In this document: one piece after another, positions 12,145-25,084 of the stretch
Layout of the letters: every line of letters starts with the position of its first letter
How positions within the stretch are numbered: the stretch's first letter is position 1
Assembly (NCBI RefSeq): GCF_018350175.1
Contig: NC_058382.1
Location: 54,066,001-54,130,000 of the forward strand
DNA: 64,000 nucleotides
Origin: Felis catus
Taxonomy: Eukaryota
Direction of reading: 5' to 3'
The notes under the pieces: model-generated
Told to the model about the DNA's origin: nothing
Seen by the model: only the letters and a program-made list of their open reading frames with translations
The model's database searches: none
Made by a program: the position numbers and the translations under genes

Positions 12145-14469
12145 AGAAAGTCCATGACTGTAACTGACCATTATCAGCAGTGTAACAGAAAATATGCTAT
12201 GGCTAGTTATCACAATGGATACAAAAAAGAATGTGACAAAGTCCAACTCTCATTCATGATTTAAAAAAAAAAAAAAAAAAAAAACCTCTCAGTAACTATG
12301 AACAAAGAGAAATTCCTCAACTTGATAAAAATCATCTATTTAAACAAAACTTACAGATAACATCATATATATAATACTGAAAAGTGACATTTTCCCCTCA
12401 GATAAGGAATAGACAAGGATTTCTGCTCTCACTACTTGTATTTAACAGGAAGTCCTAGCCAGAGCAATAATGCAGGAATATGAAAAGATATACAGATTTG
12501 AAAGAAAGAAGTAAAAATGTTTTTATTTGCAGATTACCATAATTATGTATATAGAAAATCTTAAGTAATCTATGAAACAAGTTTTAGAACTAGTAAGTGA
12601 ATATACAAAAATCCATACCCAATGTTCTAGCAATGAAGAATCAGAAAATGAAAATTTTAAATTACACCATTTACAACAGCATCAGAAATACTTACAGGTA
12701 AAATGACAACATGGATGAAGGAGAAAACATGCAAAACTCGTAAAGACTCCCATCCCTGAAAACTATGACATTGCTAAGAGAATCTGAGCAAATGCCTAAT
12801 AAATGGAGAGACAGATCATGATCATGTTCATGGATTTGAAGATTTAGTGCCATAGCGGTACCCATTCTCTTCCAAACTCACCCATAGATCTAACACAGTA
12901 CCAATCAAAACCTCAGCAGGTGCTGTTGTTGTTGTCGTTGTTTGGAAACTTACAGTCTAATTCTGAAACTTACACAGAAACGCAAAGGGCACAGATGTGT
13001 GCAGGAAGGGTACAGAGTACACATACAGATCAATGGAACAGAATCAAGTCCAGAAATAGACTTATATATGGTAGTAGGATTTTTTATACAGTTATAAAAG
13101 CAATTCAATGGAGAAAGGAGGCTTTTCAACAAATGGTGCTAAAACAATCAAATGTCCATAAGGCAAAAAAATGAACCTCAACCTTTACTCAAATCCAAAT
13201 ATGAAAATCAGTTCAAGATGACCCATAGATCTAACTGCAAAACCACTAGGAGATGACGAAGGGAAACGTCTTTGTAGCCCGGGAGTAAATGGAACAACGA
13301 AAATAATAATTATAAAAGGAAAAAGAGTAAGTTATATTTCAGCAAACTGAAAAGTCATTGAAAATGTATGCAACATTTTATATATCAATCACACCTCAAT
13401 AAAATGGTTTACAAAAAAAAGAAGCAAATGTACAGATAAGTTACAGACTGAAAGAAAACATTTGCAAAATATTTATCTGACAGTAGACTTAGATCCAAAA
13501 TATATAAAGAACTCTTACAAATAAACAAAATACATGTAAATAGCTCAATTGGAAAATAGAAAGCTGGCAAAAGACTTGAGCAGACACTTTATAAAGGAAA
13601 ATATCTGAATGCCCAATAAGCACATAGGAAAAGTACCCACTGCATTAATCACTAGGGAAATACAAATTAAAACAAAAAGGAGACACAAATTAAAACAAAC
13701 ACAACTACTAGAATGGTTCCGATTAAAAAGCTTGACAGCTGCAGATTTTGGCAACTATGAAGCAACCGTAACTCTCACATACTGCTGGTGAGAACACAAA
13801 ATGGCACAACCACTTTGGTAAACACTTTGGCAGTTTCTTACATTAAACATACCCCTACCCTATGACCAAGAAATCCCAATCCTAGCTACCAACCCAAGAG
13901 AAATGAAAACAAATATCTACACAAAGACCTGCAAAACAATGCTCACAGCGACCCTATCCATAACTGCCCATCACTGGAAAAAAATGCAAATATTCATTAG
14001 CAGGTGAATTAATAGATAAACAATGGCATATTCAATGTAATGTAATGCTCTCAGCAATAAGAAAAAAAAAGGAATGACCTACTGACATACACAACAACCT
14101 GGAAGAATCTAAAAAACAATACACTGAATGAAAGAAGCCATATGTTCAAGAGCATATACCATAAAATTCCATTAATAGGAAGTCCTAGAACAAGAAAAAA
14201 CTAATCTATGATGAAGAAATCAAGAAAGTGGATGCATGTAGGTGATGGGGATTGGCTAGAAAGGGCACAGGGCACTTTCTGCAGCGATGTTAATGTTTTA
14301 CACCCTGACTGGGATTTCAGTTATACAGGTGCATGCATTTATCAAAACTCATTGAACTATATACTTCAGAGATATGTTGATGCATATAAGTTACCTCCCC
14401 AAATATTTTATAGATGCCAGGCGGTGAGTGCCCCAACATCAAAGGCTTCAGTTGTGTGCAATTGATCTA

Positions 14470-14635
14470 ATAGCCTTTGGTTGCATAGTGGAAAGAGTTT
14501 GAGCCTCAACTTCCCCACTCGGAAAACAGTAATTCATATCTTAAAAGCTTTAAAAAGCATTAAATGCTTTAATGCATGTAAAGTATGTAGTATAATGGCT
14601 AACACAAAGTATGCATTCAATAACTATTTCTTTTT
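14470..14635 (+). mobile_element. MIR fragment
   Basis: TGAGCCTCAACTTCCCCACT...AATGCATGTAAAGTATGTAGTATAATGGCTAACACAAAGTATGCATTCAATAA. Confidence 0.65.
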
Positions 14636-15503
14636 CTCTCTTCCCTTGTGTGGCTTTATCTTTAAGCCTACCTTGTAAATGTGGACTATATGCTGTATCT
14701 GTCTTTGGAGCAAAATCATTCTCGGTGTCATTGGACTAAAGGAACAAAACAATTACTAGCATAATGAAGTAAAAGCAATAGAGCCCTTGTATTCTAATAT
14801 TTCCCATCAATAGGATGCAAATAAAATACACATTAAAATGAAGACTACAACCAGTTATGATCGTAACAAGCTAACAATTTCCGTTAAAGAAACGACCCTG
14901 CCTTAAATTTTCAGCACTGTTCTTTAGCCTGTGCACCCAGGAGAGAAGCCACACAAAAGATAAAGGAGTCCAAGCCCTGGGAAATGGGCAAACAAAAATG
15001 AAGTTTACCAGCAGTGGGCTCCTCAGAGCCACAGGTCTGCTTAACTTCTCCACCGCAGTGGTCAAAAGCCCCATCATTGGATGTCACTGTTGCAGGGACG
15101 CAGTGGAGTGCTGATAAGATCACAGGCTCCGAAGTCACGAACGACAGGTTCACACGCCGGCACTGCCATTTACAGGCTGTAGACCATGCACAAGTTACGA
15201 AACAATGCTTGTTTTCTTGTCCCTAAACTATTCCCCAAACAACTAATCCCAATACTGTACGTTGACTAAATGAATAAGTAAACAGACGGAGATATAAAGT
15301 ATGCTCCTCATGGCAGTAGCATGAAAACTAAATGAAATAATGCATGTTTCAACACCCTGTATGTATGTCCCCAGCCTTGGGGGACTCTTTCCTACTTATT
15401 TCCCCATCTGAATGGCTACCTCAGTGGGAGTGGCTCAGAGATAGATCAACGTTCTAATACAAATCCCTCACTCCTGCCACCGTGTTTATTCTGCTTTGGA
15501 AGC

Positions 15504-15504
<1 letters not shown>

Positions 15505-15546
<42 letters not shown>
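15505..15546 (+). repeat. (AC)21 microsatellite
   Basis: Read directly from the sequence. Confidence 0.97.
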
Positions 15547-15550
<4 letters not shown>

Positions 15551-16587
15551 TTGTTATCTAACAAAACCAAACTATATCCTAAAGATAGCTGGTGAAGAAA
15601 ACAACTCCAAATTCACCAGTCAGTTCTGACTCTCCCTCTCAGTAAGCTGATGCTTTCTGCTACAGAAAGTGCGACTCGTCCATAACGAGCCCTGCCTTCC
15701 AAAAATGTGCCCACTGCATTGTTAGCACCACTCACAGCGAGCGTGTAGCAGAATAATCATTGAGGAACATTCCAAGATTTGCTCATAAAATCAGTAATTT
15801 TTTTGTCATTCGTTGCCATTAACAAGTAACTTGTGACCTAATAAATGTCACTATCCATTTTCTTTAATTAAAATAATAAATATTATTCAGTGACACAGAT
15901 TGGCATTTATGCCTTCATTTCTGTGATGTGGGATTTATAACCAAGGCTTTCTTTGAGGGATTCCACAAATAAAGGTTATTAAGCTGCCACAGGATGGAAC
16001 ACAAGCTCAGGTTAATGAAGCTGGACAAGGAAGGGCAGTGATGGATGAAGCCCTGACGCACGAAGAAAAAGGGAACTCCCACCCAAAGCAAGAAGCATTC
16101 TTGGGCTCGCAAAACGGGTCTTCCACCTTGCTCGGCGGCTCAACTCTCAATATACACAGGATGAGCTTAGAGGCAACACCAACTCTACCGCCATTCCCTG
16201 GGTGGGGGGGCGGGTGCTCAAGCGTGGTTTTCCCATTCCCTTGGGAACCAGTGTTCACCACTTTATGGTACGTCTTAAGGTAGGAAGGGTGTCCAAGTGA
16301 AGAAAAACCGATTCTGGCATGTGAACCTGCTACCAGAGAAAGAAAATTAATTGTTGTCATGTCCCAACCATCTACTTTGCAGACACGGTTCTTGGTTCTT
16401 AAAAAAAAGGAGCTGCCCTTCACGAAAACAAAACAAACAACAAAAAAAAGCCAAAACAAACAAAAAACAGGAAGATACGCTTGACAGCACTTCCCAGGAG
16501 AATCTCTTCTTCCCTCCGGGATTCCACTCTGGCTCAAAGTCAAGACACGAATCCAACGCCCTTGACCAGAGATCCAGCATGGCTCAC

Positions 16588-16900
16588 CTCCGCCTGCGGC
16601 TGGTCCGATCCTGGGGTCCAGCTCGGGGAAATGGACTCAAACTGCCCTCATGGGCCAGTGCTCCACACGCTGCTGTCCAGAGCCTCCAGGAGGCACTGAG
16701 TGAGGTGGAATTGCACGTGCACAGCGGAGATTTCTCTCTGACGATTTAAACCCACCTCGGGACGGCAGGCACCTCAACCCACGTTACTCCGTGGCCAGCT
16801 CAGAGCCACGGGAGGAGCCAGGCCGGCTGAGCAGTGCCCCTGTCACCAGAGTAGGCTCCCCGCCCCCTTCAGCCTCTAGTCCCAGCTGCTGCTTCTGGTT
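16588..16900 (-). promoter_or_regulatory. Candidate promoter and non-coding first exon of an unidentified minus-strand transcript
   Basis: On the minus strand: GC box (16858-16866), TATA-like TTTAAA (16745-16750), E-box palindrome TGCACGTGCA (16712-16721), consensus donor GAG|GTGAGC at 16588/16587; locally GC/CpG-richer and repeat-free. Confidence 0.45.
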
Positions 16901-17604
16901 GCGGCTGAAGAGAGAGCGTCTGTCTACTTGAGATGAAGTTAGAGACAAGATCTCTCAACTGCTGGGTGTTTCGACAAAAGGGAAGGAAATACCTCTCACC
17001 TGGAGGAGCCCCAACTTTGAAAGTGGCCAGGGTTGAGTTCAAATTTTGCCTCTGTCACGTGCAGGAGAAAACTGACACATAGCAGGGACTCAACAAAAAT
17101 TAGTTCCCAGCATGGGGAGAAAGCTTTGCCTGCCTTCCTTCAGTCTCTGGTGAGCTAAAACAGTATCTATAACCGTGTACTTAATTTGTACATATGGGAA
17201 TTATATGTTATCAGATAAATATATAATCATGTATTACAATGTATTTTACATAAACACACAAACACACATATTCATGGCTTCACCTACGCACGCATTACAG
17301 TTTCTATTTTCTTAATGTAGTTTCAGTTAAGGTACAAACAAAATGGATTTACAGGCCCAAACTGATGCCCACTTAAGCAACAGTAAAGGGGAGCTTCTGA
17401 GGTAGAAAATCGCTCCCACTCCAGGGTTAGCTAGCATGGCCAGGATACGGTAGAGCTCCAGAACACGTAGAAAAGATTCCTTCCCTTGTGAATAATGCCT
17501 GGGACATCTTTGCCCTCTGAGACTCTGTTTCTTTGTCTCTCTTTATCTATGCTCTTAGAGGTGACTAGTCCCCAGTTCTCGAGACCCATCTTATCTTTAG
17601 ATAT

Positions 17605-17835
17605 TGATATGGGCTTGGGAGCCACTCCCTATCTGTAAAATTGACATGGTAATACAAACCTCACAGGGTCCCCTTGGGGATTTAAAAACTGATGAGTACA
17701 TGACAGACAATGAATGGATGAAGGGGTTAGGTGGGTAGGTGGAGGGATGAATCGACGGATGGACGGATGGAAGGATGAGTGAGAGACTTCTAGCAAAGCA
17801 CCTGTCACAGAACATACACTCAATAACTTTAGCTA
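17605..17835 (+). mobile_element. MIR fragment containing a degenerate (GGAT)n tract
   Basis: CCCTATCTGTAAAATTGACATGGTAATACAAACCTCACAGGG...CAAAGCACCTGTCACAGAACATACACTCAATAA. Confidence 0.6.
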
Positions 17836-19987
17836 TTATTTTCATTGTGATTAAGGCAACAACAACTTTACACATTTCTGTTCTGGTCTATTACATATTG
17901 ATTTCATCGTTAACTCCCCAGAAGGATCCACCCTTATATCTCAATGCTGTTGGCAGTATCTGGGACTTATCACATGTGGGGATAGCATCAGGAACACTGG
18001 ATAAGCAGATGTAGATGGTAATGTTGATCTCTTAGGGCTCTAAACACACAAAAATTTCATGACTTGTGACAGAAAGTCCACTCTTGTGAGGCCCCTCTTA
18101 CTGTTCCAAAGAACTTCCAAAGCCCGTTTTTTCTTCCACTGGTTTTGAGTCCATATCCTGAGATAATGCCAATCCCATTACCCACTGACCACCTTTCGGA
18201 TATTTGAAGAAATTATCACACCACTGAAGGGCGAGTCTAGCGCATGGAAGGTCTACTCGTGCCTGAGATGGAGGGGCACTAATCTGTTAAACCTTCCTCT
18301 TGCCTTGACATGAAACTTTTAGTCAAAAGTCATGACTTTTAGTCAACACGTTCATACCACAAATTTAAGCCACGTTGAAACAGACATCCTTCACCCACGT
18401 TCTCCCAAATTTCTGCTTTCTGTCTCTGAATCATTCCTTTCTTCAACATCTCCACTTTTATTTCCCTGCTATTACCTGAATTAGCACTTGGTTTTCTTTT
18501 TGGTGTCAGTATTTATAAGTAAACAACACAGCAGAGTGTCACTGTGTCCATGAAAACAAGTCAGGGTGACAAAGGACAGTTGAAGTGGGCAGGCTGGTGA
18601 ATGGGAAATGCTCAATCTCTGGTCTCAGCTCCAAGTAAGGGTTTCACGTTCTTTCTTAGGCACAACTGAAAGTTACTGCAAATCACAAAAGCCTAGGATA
18701 GATGACATGGCCAAAACTATGGATACCAAATACCCGAAAGACTAAGGAACCTGTGTTCTGAGTTTATCGTAGTACAACTCAGAGATGTAAATCAGAAACA
18801 TCATATTTTCTTTCTCCAGTCACAGCCTTGGACTATAGTCTGTCGGTTTTCTAACTCTATTCTCTTAGGACACTTTTGAGTCGATTCCAAACATGCATGG
18901 TTATTTTCAGTTATTACAAGTCCAGCCCACCTCAAGACGCCAAACCCATATCTACTTTGAAATCTCTCCCCTTTCCTCATCGCCAGCTGGGCTTGTAGCT
19001 CTTAGAAATTGTTTTTCATTTTCTCTCCTCCCTTCCTAGCACTTTGAAGTGAGGGAAACCCAAATGCTGGTTTCAAGTTATCTCTTCCCTGGAATTGAGA
19101 ACTAGGAGGAAAATGGTCACCTGCCTGGTGGAAGGGAAGCGGCACAGTCACTCTGTCATTGTCTAAGAATTCCGTTGGCTACCGATTATCTTTGCCAGTA
19201 TGGTGGTGTCCTCCCAGAGGAGCCATGGTCTTCTGGGTGGTGGACAACTTTACCCTGACCCTGTCAATCATTGAGGACCCTACAGATGGGAAGCTTCATT
19301 CCTATTCGGCCACACTAATAATCATACCCCTACTGATCCCATCTAAGAAGGACAGCACCACAAAGCCTGCTTCTCTAAATCCACACTTATTCACATGGAG
19401 TCAAGGAACTACTCCCTGGGGGTCACAAGGGCCTAGGATGGGGTAGTTTTCTCATCTCTCTTCCCAGGCATATCCTAACTTCATAAATCTCTAGGGGAGA
19501 AGCATCAGCCCCTTCATCCCCATGTTCAGACATACTCCCAAATTCCAGGGACCACATGTCAATATCCCCCAGGCTAGGCCTGAAGGTTCCCAACTCAGCC
19601 ACTATCCAATGGGTATGGCATGCCAATTTCTACTTCTTTAAGGCATCTTCAGTCTTCAAAAGTGATGTCCCTGAAGGTATTCTCTTACTTGGCTTTGGGG
19701 GAAGCAGAAGGAAAAAAATTTTAAAGCCTTCTACTTCAGGCCAACAACTCATGACTCTGGGAATTCCCCCCAATGACCTCCGTCCTCAGGTGTCTGTTAA
19801 TTTAGACTAGTAGAAAAGCCAGCTCTGCAAATCCTTGGAAAGCTGGGGTGGAGTCAGGGTCCAAAAGAGTGTCCAGCCCCAATTATTGACAGCTCTTTGG
19901 AAAGCACAGGTTCCTTACCACCTGTGTTTCTAGCTCCAAGGCCACAGGGAAACCCTCCCTCACCATAGCCTCTAACAGGAATGTGTC

Positions 19988-20125
19988 GAGCTCTTCTCAT
20001 ATTTAACATGCATACAAATTACCTGAGGGTCATGTCAAAGTACAGCTGCTCATTCGGCAGGTGCAGGGTGGGTCCTGAGGTTCTGCACATCTTCCCAGCT
20101 CCCTGCCGCTGTGAGTCTGCAAGCT
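19988..20125. mobile_element. MER5A/B-like hAT-Charlie MITE
   Basis: TTCTCATATTTAACATGCATACAAATTACCTGAGGG...GGGTGGGTCCTGAGGTTCTGCAC. Confidence 0.65.
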
Positions 20126-20249
20126 TCATTCAGCACATGGGTTTCATTTTCTCTGCTGTTTTTAAGGCCCGGTAAATCTCTTTATTCTCAAACTCTCTAG
20201 GACCTAATGTTGACTGAGTGTCACTCAATCAATGGATCAGTTGGATAGG

Positions 20250-20458
20250 GCAAACATTGTGGTACATTTGCCACAGGCATTTATACCCTTGAATTCTCTC
20301 GGAAACTTTCTGAAACAGCTAGAAATCATCATATCCATTTTTAAAAAGACAGGGAACCTGGTCCCTAGAGGGGCTGGGCAGCTAGACTCAGGCTTCAAGG
20401 CTAGCAGCTGGCATAGCTGGGGTCTGAGCCCAGGGTATGTGCTCCTAAACACCACAGT
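20250..20458 (-). mobile_element. MIR
   Basis: ATCATATCCATTTTTAAAAAGACAGGGAACCTGG...AGCTGGCATAGCTGGGGTCTGAGCCCAGG. Confidence 0.6.
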
Positions 20459-21464
20459 CAGAAGAAGACAGACCAAAAAAAAATGAATATCATAGCAAAG
20501 AAATTGCAATAAACGACAGGAAGGTACAAGGAAACTTCATTAAACGGTGTTTATATCAGACGAGGATATCCCTGAGCTGGTCATCCCTCATAGGAAAATT
20601 GCAATATTGAGCTTCTGAAATAGCCTGAGACACGTTTAAGCATGGATTTACATCACGAACTCCATCACTTTCCTCTTTCCTCATTTATAGCCGCCAAGTT
20701 CAAGCAACCTCTTCTATGTCATGGGGCGGGGGGGGGGAACCCCATGAATAATAGATATGTCATTTTTAACTGTCAACAACATGCCTTGTAAATGCTGTAT
20801 GCAGGCTTTTAAATAACCCAGCAAACCATTCTTCTGACATCATTTTTATACCACACTTTGCAACAAAACTAAAAATGATCTGAAAAAAAACACGTGGTTT
20901 GAACTACAGAATCACGCTCACCCACACATTCTTGTCTGCATTTAATATTTCATTAGGTTTTGCTTCCCCCTCCTCCACCCTGAGAACAACCGTCTGCTTT
21001 GGAGACAAGACAATTAAACTATTTCAGCATTTTCCCTCAGTTAAACAGGCTCATCTTTCCCTGTGACAGTCAGTTTATGGAGTCAGAAAGAGACCGTTGT
21101 CGCTCATTCCTACTCGTAAGTGACGTTGGGATGATTAAGAAAAACAAACTGTTTCCTTCCAACAAGACCCTGGCTAGTTGTGGGTTTTCACTTCTCCCGG
21201 GTTGGACAAGGTGACATGAATCTCCTATCCTCTTGAGATGAAAGGGCATTTATCCTAGGACAAAATCTTGCCGCAAAGGCCTGTGCCTCTACACAAAGTA
21301 AACCTTTAGGCCTATTTGTCAGGTGATATGAGAGTGTCATACCGCCGGAAACACAAACAGATCTGTGGCAAACAAGGGACTCATCAAATGCCAGGCACCC
21401 CAAAACTGAAATGTAATTAAGATGTAATTAACATAAGGAAATGGAATGTTCCTACCTTCTCTTG

Positions 21465-21650
21465 AAATGTTTTTATTTTGGAAAATGTCAAGCATATACA
21501 GAAGCACAGAGAAGAGTGAATGACCTACCAGCTTCCAGAACTGCTCGACTCGGAGAAGTCGTGTTTACTTTATACCCCACTCACCTCCTCCCCACTTGTG
21601 GATTCTTGTGAAGTAAATCTCAGACATTGTATCGTCCTATGCTTTAATGT
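21465..21650 (-). mobile_element. L1MC-like 3' terminal fragment
   Basis: TTTTTATTTTGGAAAATGTCAAGCATATACAGAAG...GAAGTAAATCTCAGACATTGTATC. Confidence 0.6.
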
Positions 21651-22110
21651 CAATTATCTTCTAAATATTGTTGTTCAAATATATTCTCTCATCTTCCTCC
21701 CAACCAACTACCCCATTTTTACTCAGACTTTTGTTTTAAGCCACCAAGTTTGTGGCAGTCAGTTACAGAAGTCACGGGAAAGGAATGCGCCCGTCTGCCC
21801 AGAACCATCAGCATCTCGGTGTCTTCTACAGATCAGGACCCGTCACCTCGCTGACGGCCCTGAAGACGAGGAACGTAAATCTGACCATTGTGTCTCTCCA
21901 TTTGACCCCCTCAATGGCTCCCCTTATTGTCAGGATATCACGTGGGCCTCCTTGCGTGGTCTGCTCTGGGCTGCCTTTCCAGCCACATTGCCCACCTCTC
22001 CCCACCCCTCAGATTTAAAGACTTCTTACTCCAAATGAGTCCACCAGGTTTCTGTACTCCCTCATGCTTTTCCTGCCTCCCTATGCACATACTATTTCTT
22101 TTGCCCGGAG

Positions 22111-22424
22111 CAGCGCCGTGCAAAAGAAACATAACGAAGAGAAGGCACAGATAGGAGAGTCACATATGTGACTTTAAACTTCCTAATACTCACAGTTCTA
22201 AAAAATAAACCAGGAAAATCCATGTTAATAATACATTTTAGTTGACCCCAAATACCCACGATATTATCATTTCAACATATAATCAATTTTAAAGTGTTAT
22301 TAAGGGGATACTTTACAGAGTTTTATTTTGGGGGATGGAGTACTAAGTCTTAGAAATCTAGTATAATTTATACTTGCAGTACATCTCAATTCAGGTGACT
22401 AGTGCTACTATATTTGACAGTGCA
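22111..22424. mobile_element. MER33 hAT-Charlie MITE
   Basis: ATATTATCATTTCAACATATAATCAAT, GTACTAAGTCTTAGAAATC, ACATCTCAATTC and terminal TATTTGACAGTGCA match MER33. Confidence 0.85.
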
Positions 22425-22487
22425 AAAGGCCCCTACTGGTTTTTTTCCAGCTTTGGGAAATACTATCCATCCTGAAAAATCCAGCTG

Positions 22488-22709
22488 GGGGCACCTGGGT
22501 GGCTTAGTTGGTTGACCGTCCAACTTCAGCTCAGGTCATGATCTCACAGTTCGTGAGTTCGAGCCCCGTGTCGGGCTCTGTGCTGACAGCTCAGAGCCTG
22601 GAGCCTGCTTCAGATGCTGTGTCTCCCCCTCTCTCTGCCCCTTCCCCACTCATGCTCTGTCTCTCTTTGTCTCTCAAAAATGAATAAACGTTAAGAACAA
22701 TTAAAAAAT
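22488..22709 (+). mobile_element. SINEC (felid)
   Basis: Full length; perfect 10-bp TSD AATCCAGCTG (22478, 22710). Confidence 0.95.
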
Positions 22710-24047
22710 AATCCAGCTGAACTACTATCTTCCATGGGAAACCTGTCTCCCACCAATCAGATCAGTTTTTCCCTGCTCCACCCTGGACCTTGGATATATT
22801 CCAATTTATGTGCTGTTCATACTCTGTTATATTTAATTGGGGCATGCGTGTCTCTTCTAGGCTATGAGCTCTTCACAAGCCAAAACCTACTCACCACCAC
22901 AGAGTCCCTGGTCGTCCAAGGGTCCCAATCCTTGCTGCTTCCTCTCCTATCCAGCCCTTCAAAGTATGGTTGGTGAGACTTTGGTTGTAATACAGAGAGC
23001 CTACTGGCCTCGCCAGGGAAATGGAAAAGATGGTCTGGTCCAGGAAGAGGGGATGGAGGGCCCTCTGTAGTAGAAAAGGGAGGTATTAAGAATAGAGAAT
23101 GAATGGAGAGAGCCAATCTGACGTCCCTAGGGGGAGTTTATAATGCCAAGAAACAACATGAGTGAAGAAGCCAAGGCAGCTTTCGGACTCTGCAGAAAGA
23201 GAAAAGAAAAGGGTGGGACCACCACATGGGAGCACCAGAGGTTGTCAGAATGTGACGGCCCCTGGATGAGCCAAAGGAACATCAGTAGAAGGGGCGGTAC
23301 ATAAAGCCAGCTTTCTGCTCCTTTATTTTGGGCCAGGCCAGCATGCATGGGCTTTGTTCCCGTGTGTTAATGAGCTGATGACCAGACCATAAAATGTAGT
23401 CAACTCCAAGTGAACTCTAGTGATTGCCCAACCCTTCAGCACATCAGTAGGGCTCTGTTTCAAACTGGGAGTCTGGTCATGGCATTGGGTATCTGGGTAT
23501 ACTCTCCTTCCCCACAGAAGACAATATGATCCATATTTCCTTACAGCTTGGCACTTACTTTCCCCCCTCCTGAAACGCCCCTTACTCTATGTGTCGGAAC
23601 CCTGCCTATCTAACATCTGTTCCCTGAACCCTTTCATTTTGTCCTTTCTCATATTTTCTCTCCTCCCAAGCAAGCCTCCACGGTGCTTTAGTTCTTCTCT
23701 CTCACAGTCTACAACACTTTCCCTATTCTATCAGTCTTATTTGTGCCTTAACTTCTTTTACCAAAGGAAAAGATTCTGATCTTTTCATGTATGTATCCAC
23801 CCCAACATCTGACACCGGAAAGTTACTCCATAAACACAGAACAAATGAATAAACGAAACATGGTGTATTACCTATTTAAAACACCCATTATTTTTATGAC
23901 TTCTCCTCTCTTCAGAGGATAATGAATTTTAGCTCTAATCAATCAGTTTAGATGTTCAGGGCTCTTGAGGTATCCTTTCTAAGAGAGCATAGCCTAGGTC
24001 TCACCCCGAAAGCAGCCACCCCAGCTCATTCCTGTTGATAGAAAATA

Positions 24048-24300
24048 AAGACAGCTAACACACGCTGAGTGTTGATTGTGTTCTAAGGCATTGTTCTAAG
24101 GACTTTACAAGCATTTGCTCACTTAATCCTGGAAACCACCCTGAAGTAAGTATAATTATGTATAATCTCCACTGTGCAGATGAGAAAACTGAGGCACAGA
24201 AACATTAAGTGTCCTATGAATGGCACATCTCTAAGAAGCACTAAGACAAAGACCCAAAGCCAGACAGTCTGGCTCCAAAACCCACACTGTTACACACTTT
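24048..24300 (-). mobile_element. MIR, near full length
   Basis: CTCACTTAATCCTGGAAACCACCCTGAAG...CAGATGAGAAAACTGAGGCACAGA...CAGTCTGGCTCCAAAACCC. Confidence 0.9.
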
Positions 24301-24349
24301 TTACACAGAAAATGGAGCTGCATGTTTCTAAGACAGGCAACTTGCTTCT

Positions 24350-24520
24350 CAGTGTCACCCTTACTAGCCACAACCCTCAGGTATCACCTCATCTCTCCAA
24401 GGCTCAGGCTTTTTCATGTCTAAAATGGGACGTCAGTAGGGCCCACCCCATAGGTCACTGTGAGGATAAATGGCCTCGTGGACACACAGCCTAGAACATG
24501 GCAGGCACTCAAAATGGTAC
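24350..24520 (+). mobile_element. MIR fragment
   Basis: GGCTCAGGCTTTTCATGTCTAAAATGGG...TGTGAGGATAAATG. Confidence 0.65.
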
Positions 24521-24525
24521 CCATT

Positions 24526-24666
24526 TGTATCGATCAGGAATCTGTCTGTGGAGAAACCAATTTAAATCAGCTAAGGGGAAAAGAGGAATTCACTGGTTTG
24601 TGTAATGGAAAGTCTACAGCTAAATTAGGAGCTCACATAATTTCATTAGGACCTGAAATCTCCCTC

Positions 24667-24722
<56 letters not shown>

Positions 24723-25084
24723 ATTTCTCAGCTCTTCTATTCTCTGAGGTACCTTGTTCCACATGGTGATTCCCAGAAATTCTAGGCTTACTTCTACAGC
24801 TTGGAGACTATAGGGAGAAAGCGCATCTCTTTCGTAACAATTACGGCAAAAGGCACAGCGCTGAGTCTCATTGGATTGGCTGGGGTCACCGGCACTTCCC
24901 CGAACCAGTCACTGCAATGAAGGGAATGGGTGTGTTGAGTAGCTAGTCCCTGCAACCAGGGGGCCTGGTTGGCTCCAACCAAATGAGAGTATACATGGGG
25001 TATCTGGTAAAGAAGAAATGAGGTGCTGTTACCAGAAGAAGGAGAATGGCTTCTGGGCAGGCAAAAACAATAGATGTCCATTCA
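24526..25084 (-). mobile_element. MLT1K-like MaLR solo LTR with internal (CT)24
   Basis: End GGTGCTGTTACCAGAAGAAGG...CTGGGCAGGCAAAAACAATAGATGTCCA is the reverse complement of the MLT1K 5' end; (CT)n at 24671-24718. Confidence 0.8.

Larger units (their letters stand above)
10770..14400 (+). mobile_element. Degenerate L1M (L1ME-like): ORF2 remnant plus 3' UTR, about 3.6 kb including nested inserts
   Basis: L1 ORF2 landmarks CTTCTAAATAACCCA, CCAACTCATTTTATGAGGTCAATATAACCCTGATAC (PNSFYE-like), TTATTTGCAGAT (LFAD-like RT motif), GATCAATGGAACAGAAT, and an L1ME-type 3' UTR; many stops and frameshifts. Confidence 0.9.
21655..22900 (+). mobile_element. L2 fragments interrupted by MER33 and SINEC
   Basis: AAATCTGACCATTGTGTCTCTCC...CCCTCAATGGCTCCCC and CTAGGCTATGAGCTCTTC are L2 3' motifs. 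Confidence 0.55.

Noticed and set aside
10770..14400. Active L1 or functional reverse transcriptase
   Set aside because: 5'-truncated, heavily frameshifted, catalytic motif degenerate, and interrupted by later insertions.
16000..16900. Naming the host gene
   Set aside because: No coding exon is present and I cannot match the candidate UTR exon to a known mRNA from memory.
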